From: an uncultured Rhodospirillaceae bacterium
Lineage (GTDB): Bacteria; Pseudomonadota; Alphaproteobacteria; Rhodospirillales; Magnetospirillaceae
Assembly (NCBI GenBank): GCA_903924765.1
Contig: CAIYCT010000378.1
Coordinates: 2,348 to 66,347 of the forward strand
Direction of reading: 5' to 3'
DNA length: 64,000 bases
Shown here: one piece after another, positions 28,229 to 37,200 of the stretch
How the letters are laid out: each line of letters starts with the position of its first letter
Position numbering within the stretch: the first letter of the stretch is position 1
Notes under the pieces: generated by a model
What the model was told of the DNA's origin: nothing
The model's input: the letters and a program-made list of their open reading frames with translations, nothing else
Databases searched by the model: none
Program-made: the position numbers and the translations under genes

Positions 28229-29230
28229 TCATAGACCGGACGCCGACCAGATCAAGGTCATCATCAGCGCCAGCAGAAGCAGCGGCGCACCCGCCAACAC
28301 AAAGATAATCAACACATTGGAGTCTTTGTGCCCCTTGTCCTCGGATTCCCGCGCAAGGTCAATGGACGGAGCTGCGACTTTGGCTTCGACAGGTTCAGGT
28401 TCAACCGGTTTCGGCGCTTCAACCGACGCGGTGGGAACGACCACCAGCGCAGTTTCGTCCTTGCCGTTCCAGTGTTCGTCCACAAAACGCACCAGTGCCA
28501 TGACCTTGCCGGTCAGGTAATCTTGACGATCAGCCGAAGCCGGGTCCAAGCGTCGCTGTTCCGCCAAGTTCCGGCTGTGCAGGATGGCGAATAAAGCGGC
28601 GGCCAGGGGAGCTGCCGCGTGCAAGGCAAAGGATTGCGTATCCACCCACTGGGCAATGGCCGGATCGCTAACCGCGATGTCGCCGGCCGTCCAAGCCAAC
28701 ATGGCCCCGCCAGCCGTAACCAGAATGGGATAGCGATGCAGCAATCGACCGACATATTCGCTGCCATAGATCAACAGTGGCACGCTCAACAGCAATCCCA
28801 GCGCCAGATAAAAAAAACTGCCCTGCGCCACCGCCGCCAAAGCGACCACATTGTCAATGCTCATTATCACGTCGGCAACGACGATCAAGCGGACTGCTAC
28901 CCATAAGTTTTCAGTGGCGCGAGTAGAATCGCCCGTTTTATCGCCGTCTTCCTCGCCCATCATCAATTGAATGGCGATGACCATCAGCGCCGCCGCCCCT
29001 GCCAGTTTCAGGTACGGAATGGACATCAGGCTGCCCACCAGAAGGGTCATGACGAACCGTAAAACGATGGCGAACCCGGTTCCGAATAAAATGGCCCGGC
29101 GCATGATCAGAGGGGGGAGCGATCGGCAGGCCAAGGCGATCAGCACCGCATTGTCTCCGCCCAAGAGCAGATCGACGGCGATCACCTTCAGAGGGATGTC
29201 AATGACGGCGAGGCCGCTGTCAAACTCCAT
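28229..29230 (-). CDS. TerC-family integral membrane protein with C-terminal Pro/Glu-rich linker and an extra TM segment
   Basis: Duplicated TerC motifs LGGDNAVLIALA and MSIDNVVALAAVA. Tail PKPVEPEPVEAKV, then a hydrophobic C-terminus. Confidence 0.8.
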   Translation of the reverse strand: MEFDSGLAVIDIPLKVIAVDLLLGGDNAVLIALACRSLPPLIMRRAILFGTGFAIVLRFVMTLLVGSLMSIPYLKLAGAAALMVIAIQLMMGEEDGDKTGDSTRATENLWVAVRLIVVADVIMSIDNVVALAAVAQGSFFYLALGLLLSVPLLIYGSEYVGRLLHRYPILVTAGGAMLAWTAGDIAVSDPAIAQWVDTQSFALHAAAPLAAALFAILHSRNLAEQRRLDPASADRQDYLTGKVMALVRFVDEHWNGKDETALVVVPTASVEAPKPVEPEPVEAKVAAPSIDLARESEDKGHKDSNVLIIFVLAGAPLLLLALMMTLIWSASGL

Positions 29231-30505
29231 TTATCCCAACGCTCCCACAATTCCCGAATACAATCCCAAACCGGAGGTGATCAGAAAGACCACGCCCACC
29301 AAAGCCGCATATCCGCCCTTTAGCCTAAGCGGTTCGGGCAAATCCGACCGCGCCAGCAAAAACAGGAATCCCAACACCACCGGCAACAGCAAGGCGTTGA
29401 CCACCCCCACGGCGATGGAAAGTTGAACCAAATTGAGGCCGGACGCAACCAATCCGCCGCCCAGGACTAAAAATACGGCGAACGCCGCATAAAACCACAG
29501 TGCGTCAGCGGGCGGATGCTCCAAGGAATGGTGCACACCGCTCACCTCGCCCACCGCCCAGGCTGCGGCCAGACACACCACGATGGTGGCAACCAACGCG
29601 CCGCCGCTCAAACCCAAAATGAAAACGAATCGGCCGATCTGTTCGCCCAGAACCGTGGTAAAAGCCTGGGCGATTTGCGGCACGCTTTCCAGACTGGCTC
29701 CTCCGCCATGCAGACCAATGGTCGCCGCCGCCGCCATCAGCACCGCCATGGTCACGATTTGACACAAGATCGCGCCGAACAACGTGTCGAGCCTGGCGAC
29801 GCGGATATCGTCCACCCCCAAACCTTTGTCGATGATTGCGGATTGTTGATAGAACACCGTCCAGGGCATGATGCTGGTGCCCAAATTGGCGGCCAATAGA
29901 TACAGGTATCGGCTATCGGTCAGCGGTAAATGTTCCATTTGACGGCTCATGTCGGTTAAATCTGGATGGGCGTTCCAAACCACCACCAAAAAGGCCAGTT
30001 CGAACAAACCTAGGAAAATGGCGATGCGCTCGACCGAATGATAAGAACCGGTCCAGACCATGGCGAAGATCAGAACAACTGCCGCGCTCACCGTCTGCCA
30101 GATGGGAATGCCGAACATCTGCCCGATCCCCGCCAAGCCGCTGAACTGAGTGACCAACGCCCCCAAGCAGCTAACCGCCAAGGTCGCCGTGGCCAGTACG
30201 GCCCATCCCCGCCCAAACCGCTGCACGATCAATTCGCCCGCCCCCTTACCCGTGCCTAAACCCAGACGCACGGTCAATTCCTGTACCAGATACAACACGG
30301 GAATGATCAGAATTTGGAAGGGCAGCAACCCATAACCCCATTGCGCGCCACTTTGGGCGGCGGTGATGACGCTGCCTGCGTCGGTGTCTGCCAGCATGAC
30401 CACCAGACCGGGGCCGACGATGACAAAGAGGCGCGACAAGCGTTTTATCACGGGACTTAAAACCATAATCCAGCTGTGTAGCGCATTTGCCGGTAAAAGT
30501 GTCAA
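29231..30505 (-). CDS. NRAMP-family divalent metal (Mn/Fe) transporter
   Basis: GPGLVVMLADTDAGSVITAAQSGAQWGY and multiple TM segments. Zero-nt gap to the downstream TerC gene. The ORF-track start is TTG 30505; ATG 30466 (MVLSPV...) is an alternative. Confidence 0.8.
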   Translation of the reverse strand: MTLLPANALHSWIMVLSPVIKRLSRLFVIVGPGLVVMLADTDAGSVITAAQSGAQWGYGLLPFQILIIPVLYLVQELTVRLGLGTGKGAGELIVQRFGRGWAVLATATLAVSCLGALVTQFSGLAGIGQMFGIPIWQTVSAAVVLIFAMVWTGSYHSVERIAIFLGLFELAFLVVVWNAHPDLTDMSRQMEHLPLTDSRYLYLLAANLGTSIMPWTVFYQQSAIIDKGLGVDDIRVARLDTLFGAILCQIVTMAVLMAAAATIGLHGGGASLESVPQIAQAFTTVLGEQIGRFVFILGLSGGALVATIVVCLAAAWAVGEVSGVHHSLEHPPADALWFYAAFAVFLVLGGGLVASGLNLVQLSIAVGVVNALLLPVVLGFLFLLARSDLPEPLRLKGGYAALVGVVFLITSGLGLYSGIVGALG

Positions 30506-30558
30506 AGAAATTAGTCAGCCAAAGCCCCATTGGCCCGCCCACGCTCCCCCTCACCGCC

Positions 30559-30586
30559 AATGCAATAATTTGCCATAATTTACATA
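30559..30586. promoter_or_regulatory. AT-rich repeat/near-palindrome upstream of the NRAMP gene (candidate Fur-family/Mur or MntR operator)
   Basis: TGCAA-taat-TTGC(c)A near-palindrome overlapping the direct repeat ATAATTTGC / ATAATTTAC. It stands out in GC-rich surroundings. Confidence 0.3.
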
Positions 30587-30635
30587 CTTCTGTGTGGATT
30601 CTCCTCCATCATTGTGTTAGCGTATATCATTCGTT

Positions 30636-30670
30636 GGCCTAACTCCGCTTTGGAGTCAGGCCTTTTTTTT
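30636..30670 (+). terminator. Rho-independent terminator-like hairpin with no upstream + strand gene
   Basis: GGCCTAACTCC-gcttt-GGAGTCAGGCC (one mismatch) followed by T8. Ends 28 nt before ATG 30699. Confidence 0.6.
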
Positions 30671-30698
30671 ACCCGGACGCTGATCCCGGAGCGGAAAT

Positions 30699-31226
30699 AT
30701 GGCTGAGAACGATAAGCAGAATACTGAAAACGGTCAGGACAACGAGAACAAACAAGAAAGCGATGCTCAGCATCAGCAGAATCTTGACGACCTTACCGTG
30801 CTCAACAATGTGGAGGCGCCCACCCTGGGTGGCGCCACGCTTAACGTTGTCCGACCGACCGAAGGCGGCGCCTCTGGCCTTGGCAATCTAGCCCTCGCCA
30901 ATGAAGGCGGCACCTTTACCCCCACCACCAGCCAACGGGCCAAAGTCAATCAATCCGCTGATATCGGCGTCGATACAGCTACGGATAGCAATCAACAGGG
31001 CAGTGGGTCTGTAGCCTCGTCCGACACTGGTGGACAGCCGGACATCTCCTCTATTCAGGGGCAATCCACGAACGCCGCCACCGGCGGGCAGACCGCCAAT
31101 ACAAGCGCCGCGGCAGCCCAAACCAGCGCCGCTACGCAATTGAACCAAAACGCAGCTGGACACAGGCGGCAAGCGGACCAAAAAACCTGCAAGCGACGGC
31201 CGTTGCTGGCGGCAACGCGTCTTTGA
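30699..31226 (+). CDS. 5' segment of the giant adhesin gene (Q/N/T/A-rich N-terminus), out of frame with the main ORF
   Basis: ATG 30699 is preceded by GGAG at an 8-nt spacing. Composition matches the downstream protein until ...LNQNAAG; it then turns Arg/Lys/Cys-rich (HRRQADQKTCKRRPLL) until the stop. Confidence 0.65.
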   Translation: MAENDKQNTENGQDNENKQESDAQHQQNLDDLTVLNNVEAPTLGGATLNVVRPTEGGASGLGNLALANEGGTFTPTTSQRAKVNQSADIGVDTATDSNQQGSGSVASSDTGGQPDISSIQGQSTNAATGGQTANTSAAAAQTSAATQLNQNAAGHRRQADQKTCKRRPLLAATRL

Positions 31227-34200
31227 ACACTGTCGCCACGGCTCAAGCCGCAGATGCCGCGTCCAATATTCCTACCGCCAACGGCGCGACCATCCTTAAC
31301 ACCCACTCTCATGGGGCCAGCATTGATCTGACCTCCACGGTCAGCGACACCGAAAACCACACGGCAACCTTTTCGCTGAGCGTCACAGATAGCTCCTCTG
31401 GCGAAGAGATCACCGACGTGTCCATTTCCGGTGCTCCGACTGGGACTCGTCTGAGCATCGACGGCACTCTCCTCCATGCCGACGGTCAAGGCGTTTTCCA
31501 TCTGACCGCCGTTCAAGCCGCCAGCACCTCGATCTCCATTCTGCCGCCCTCCAATTTCACCGGCGAAATTACCCTGTCGGTCAGCGCCACCGCCCATGGG
31601 CCCGGCACCCAATATGTGACCACGTTCAAAGATCTCGTCATTGATGTCACCGATACGCTTAGCCAAACAGAAAGCGCCCTATCGACCGCTACCGCCCAAA
31701 GCGCAGTGACGGGAAGCTGGCACATCAATGACGCAGCGGGACTGCACGTGACTCCTATAGCAACCGCAGACCATGGCAATGTCACCATCAATGCGGATGG
31801 CACCTATACGTATCAATCCAACAGCCATTATGTCGGCACCGACACTATCAAATTTACCGCCACCGATGGGTCAGGTGTAGTTCACACCAATTATTCCACC
31901 GTCACCGTCACCGACGCGTTGACCCAGACCGAGACCAATCCGTCCTCCGTTACCACACACCAAGCCGTCACCGGTTCGTGGAGCACCACCGATGCGGCCG
32001 GTCTGACCGAGACCCCGACGGCGGTAGCCGCCAACGGCGACGTGACCGTCAACGCCGACGGCACCTATACCTATCAAAGCCACAGCGGCTTTGTCGGTGC
32101 CGACACCATCACCTTCCAGACCACCGACGCCTCGGGCGTGGTCCACACCAACACGGCCCAGGTGACGGTGGCGGATGCGCTGACGCAAAGCGAGACGGGC
32201 GGAGCTGGCACGGCGCAAGCGCACATCACCGGATCGTGTGGCGCCACCGACGCGGCCGGTCTGACCGAGACCCCGACGGCCAGTGCGGCCAATGGCGACG
32301 TGACCGTCAACGCCGACGGCACCTATACCTACCAGTCGCACAGCGGCTTCGTCGGCGCCGACACCATCACCTTCCAAACCACCGACGCCTCGGGCGTGGT
32401 CCACACCAACACCGCTCAGGTGACCGTCGCGGATCACGCCAGCATCCATGCGGGCAACGCCACCGGATCGTTGGCGACCAGTTACGGCGGCACACTCACC
32501 GTGCACGATTCTGCTGGCGAATCTCTCAGCACCACCGCCAGTTCTGACCATGGCGGCACTGTCAATATCAGCGCCGATGGCCACTCCTATAGTTATACGG
32601 CGGCCAGTGGCTTCGTTGGTTCTGACACCATCCACTTCACCACCACCGATGCGTCGGGCGTGGTTCATACCGCCACCGCAGCCGTGACGGTGTCCGACGC
32701 CATTTCCGAGACGGCGTCCAACGCGACGGCCACGGCGCAGACATCAAGCCAAATCCTTACCGGGCATGTGGACGTTACCGACAGCGCTGGCCTGAGTTAC
32801 AATGCTACCGGGACGTCACAGAGCGGCGCTCAGGTCTCGGTTTCGGCGGATGGTTCCTATAGCTACACGGCAGCGGCAGGATTTGTCGGCACCGACACCG
32901 TCACGTTCAGCGCCACCGACACTCATGGCGTCGTTCAAGCGGCAACGGCGACGATCACCGTAAGCGATGTTATCACCGACACCGCAGGGGATACTGCTGG
33001 CGACAACGTGTCGGTGATCACCGGCACCTTCATCAGCAGCGATGCCGGAGGGTTGGACAGCGCCTCGACCCTTGCCACCAATACCGTCGCGACGGCGGAT
33101 AGCGGCGCGACGGTCAACGTGGATGCCAACGGCCATTACAGCTACACGGCGGTCGCGGGCTTCGTCGGCACCGACACCATCACCTTCGAAACCACCGACA
33201 GCAGTGGCGTGGTCGGCACGGCCACGGCGACGGTGATCGTGACCGATGCGTCAGCAGGCGCCGGAGTCGATGTGCTTTCTTCGGTCGCTGTCAATGCCAA
33301 AGGCTCGCTGTCCACCAGCTTCACCGGATTGTTCTCGGCCCATGATTCCCTGGGAGAATCCATCACGTCGATCGGAACGGCCGGTCACGGTACGGTCAGT
33401 CTGGACGGCAATGGTCATTATGCCTATACGGCGGCGGCGGGCTTCGTCGGCACCGACACCCTGACCTTCACCAGCACCAATGCCGACGGCGTAGTTACAA
33501 CCGCCACCGCCTTTGTGACTGTCAGCGATACCCTGAGCGATACCGCCACCGGCGGCACCTCAACGGCTCAGCATGCCATCACGGGCAGCGTCACTGTCAC
33601 CGAGAGCGCCGATCTGTCATTCACGACCCATGCCAGCGCTGGGCACGGCACGGTCAGTTTGGGAACCAACGGGTCCTATACCTATGTGTCCAACAGCGGC
33701 TTCGTCGGCACTGATACGGTGACCTTCACCACCACCGACGCTCATGGCGTGATCGCCACCGCCACCAGTCAGATCGTGGTCACCGACTCCTTAAGCTCTA
33801 GCGCAGACAATGCTACCGGCTCGTTGGCCTCGGGCTTCACCGGAACCTATGCCATCAGTGACACGGCAAGTCTGTCATCGACCACGTCTGGCACAGCCGG
33901 TCACGGCACGGTCAGCGTTGATGGCAGCGGCCATTATGCCTATACGGCGGCATCCGGGTTCGTCGGCACCGACACCGTGACCTTTGTCACCACCAATGCG
34001 GAAGGCGACCACGCCACCACCACCGCCCACGTAACCGTCAGCGACACGCTGACCGAGTCCGCCACCGGCGGCACCGCCGTGGGACAAAATCCGATCACCG
34101 GCACGGTAACCGTTTCGGACAGCGCCGGACTGGCCACCAGCACGGGCGCAAGCGCCGCCCACGGCGCGGTGACCTTCGGCACCAACGGCGCTTTCACCTA

Positions 34201-37200
34201 TGAGTCCAACAGCGGGTTCGTAGGCACCGATACAGTAACCTTCACCACCACCGACAGCCATGGCGTGATAGCCGCCGCCACCGCCGCCATGGTCATCACC
34301 GACACCATCACCGACACCGCCGGAAACGCCACCGGAACCTCGACCGGCTCCGCGACCACCTTGACCGGCAGCTTCCAATCCACCGACGCTGCCGGAGCGG
34401 ACACCGCCACGGTTCTGGATGCCGACACTCATGCGACAGCCTCGCACGGAACCGTCACGGTCAATGCGGACGGGACCTATACCTACGTCTCCAACAGCGG
34501 CTATGTGGGCACCGACACCATTACCTTCAGCACCACGGATTCCCACGGCACAACGGCGCACACCACCGCCACGGTGGTGGTCAATGCGGCGGCAACCACC
34601 GGCGAGACCATTCAGGCTCCCTCCAGCCTGACCACCACCGAGAATCACAGCTCCAGTTTCACCTTGAATATGGTCGATGCGTCCAGCAATGCCGCCAACG
34701 ACACCTTGACCAACGTCTCGATCACCGGTGCGCCATCGGGAACCACCTTGGTGGTGGGCGGAGTGACCATACCGCAAAACGCCGATGGGTCGTTTACCCT
34801 CGCCACCGATCAAGTGAGCAATGAAAGCGTCACGGTAACGCCGCCCACCGATTACACCGGCACCATGAGCTTGACCATCGCCGCCACTACCGATGACGGC
34901 ACCGGCACGCTCACCACCAACACCAGTGTCACCGCCCTGAACGTCACGGCGCAGACCCAAGGCGCGATCATCGTCGCCCCCACCAGCCTGAGCGGAACCG
35001 AGAATTACACCACCAGCTTCACGCTGGGCGTCAGCGATTCCCATCTGAATGAATCGGTAACCGGCGTGACCATCACCGGCGCGCCGTTGGGATCGTCGCT
35101 GACCGTGGGCGGAGAAACAATCGTCGCCAACGCGGACGGCTCCTTCACCCTAAGCGCTTCGCAAGCGGCGGATGGCAGTTTGGCCATCACTCCGCCCACC
35201 GATTATTCCGGCGCCATGACCCTGACAGTCCACGCCACGGCGCAGGAAATCGGAGCGACGGCGGCCACTGCCACCCAGACCATCACCTTGACTGTGGGCG
35301 CCGATACCCAGGGCGCAACCATCACCGCGCCCACCACCGTGACAGGGGCGGAAAACAGCGCCTCCACCTTGAGCTTGAACATCGCCGACACCCATACGGG
35401 CGAAAGCGTCAGCAGCGTCACCATCATGGGCGCGCCGTCGGGAAGCTCGCTCAACGTCAATGGCGTGGTCATCGCCGCCAACGCCGATGGCTCGTTCACA
35501 TTGACCCCGGCGCAAGCCAACAGTGGAGCCGTCCACCTGACCCCGCCCACCGATTACAGCGGCTCCATGTCGTTGCTGGTGGAAGCCACGGCGCAGAACG
35601 GAACTGCTACGGCGGTGACATCGACCCAGGCCATCACCTTCGACGTGACACCTGTCACCCAAGGGGCAACCATCACCGCGCCCGCCACCGCCACCATGGT
35701 CGAAAATCAGTCCAGTTCGATCGCGCTGAATGTCAGCGACACCCACCTGCACGAAAGCGTCACCGGCGTGACCATCACCGGAGCGCCTGCGGGATCGTCG
35801 CTGACGGTGGGATCGGATGTCGTTACCGCCAACGCGGACGGCTCGTTCACGCTGACGCCGCAACAAGCCGCCAGCACCAGCCTGCATCTGACTCCGCCCA
35901 CGGATTATACCGGCGCCATCACGTTAAACGTTGCGGCCACCGCCGACGCCACCGGCGCCGCATCCACGACCACCACCACCCAGACCATTACCGTGGATGT
36001 CACTGGCATCACCCAAGGCGCCACCATCGTCGCTCCGCAAGCGGTGGGAGGCATTTCCAATTCCTCGACGCCATTCACCTTGAACGTGTCGGACGGCCAT
36101 CTGGGCGAATCGGTCACCACCGTCACTATTGCGGGCGCGCCGTCGGGAACCACCCTTAGCGTCAACGGCCAAGCGATCTCGGCCAACGCCGACGGCTCGT
36201 TCACCCTGACCGCCGCCCAAGCAGCCGATGCCGGTCTTGCCATCACGCCGCCCGCCAATTACGTGGGCACCATGAATTTGACCGTGGCGGCCACGGCGGA
36301 TTTGACCGGCGCGGCCCCAGTCACCACCAGCCAAACGGTCAGCCTGAACATCACGGCGGCAGCGGCAAACGGCGCGACCATCGCCGGTCCGTCCACCGCC
36401 GTGACCACCGAGAACCAAGCTGCCTCGGTCAGCCTGAACGTCGCCGATTCTCACACCGGCGAAAGCGTCAGCTCGGTCACCATCGCGGGCGCGCCTGCCG
36501 GGTCCATCCTGACCGTGGGCGGAACCACCCTCATCGCCGATGGGTCCGGAACCTTCCATCTGACCGCCACCCAGGCCAGCAACGCCACCTTGTCGATTAC
36601 GCCGCCCACCGATTATTCCGGCACCATGCATCTGACCGTTTCGGCCACCGCCGTGACCGGAACCGGCACGACCGAGACCAACACCCACGCTTTGGATCTG
36701 ACGGTGACCGCCGTCACCCAAGGGGCCAGCGTCAGCGTTCCCGCCTCGTTGGTGACTCACGAGAACGCGGCCACTCTGGTGCCGCTGACCATCGCCGACA
36801 CTCATACGGGCGAGAGCGTGACCGGCGTGACCATCACCGGCGCGCCGTCCGGCTCGGTCTTGACCGTAGGCGGCACCGCCATTGTCGCCGATGCGTCTGG
36901 CGCCTTCCATCTGACAGCGGCCCAAGCCAACGATTCCTCCTTGTCCATCAAGCCGCCCACCGATTATTCGGGCACCATGGCGCTGCACGTGAATGCCGTG
37001 TCCGAAAACGGCAGCGCCGCCACGCTCACCGCCTCGCAAGCGCTCAACATCACCGTCGATCCGATCACCCAAGGCGCGACGGTGACCGCGCCCACAACGG
37101 TCGCCATCACGGAAAACCACGCGGCCGCGATCCCCATCACCGTAGCCGACACCCATACGGGCGAAAGCATCAGCAGCGTCACCATTTCGGGCGCTCCGGT

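Noticed and set aside
27226-28308. 360-codon + strand ORF opposite hflK. Similar cases lie opposite pepA (1023-1706, 1803-2543), putA (17521-18222, 18229-18879), rocD (21083-21826), the histidine kinase (49349-50476) and the pseudokinase (61471-62463).
   Set aside because: All lie antisense to genes with strong motif support and have low-complexity Arg/Gly/His-rich translations. They are shadow ORFs of a GC-rich genome.
30506-30560. Possible yybP-ykoY (Mn) riboswitch upstream of the NRAMP-TerC genes. The minus strand reads CGGTGA-GGGGGAGCG...TTTGACAC-TTTACCG.
   Set aside because: Only short resemblances to the conserved GGGGAGUAG and UUGACAU loops exist. The expected four-way-junction helices (in particular a hairpin following UUGACAU) are not present. 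The segment also overlaps the possible TTG-initiated N-terminus of the NRAMP ORF. A cmsearch with the Rfam yybP-ykoY model would settle it.
31150-31170. Programmed -1 ribosomal frameshifting at the adhesin junction
   Set aside because: There is no X_XXY_YYZ slippery heptamer at GCAGCTGGACACAGG and no obvious downstream pseudoknot or hairpin. A 1-nt deletion or sequencing error is more parsimonious.
31180-31185. A6 homopolymer as the site of the adhesin frameshift (slippage or phase variation)
   Set aside because: Upstream of the A-run the main frame already reads native-looking sequence (TQAASGP) while the start frame already reads aberrant sequence (HRRQADQ). The frame switch must therefore lie about 20 nt upstream, near 31158-31160, where there is no homopolymer.
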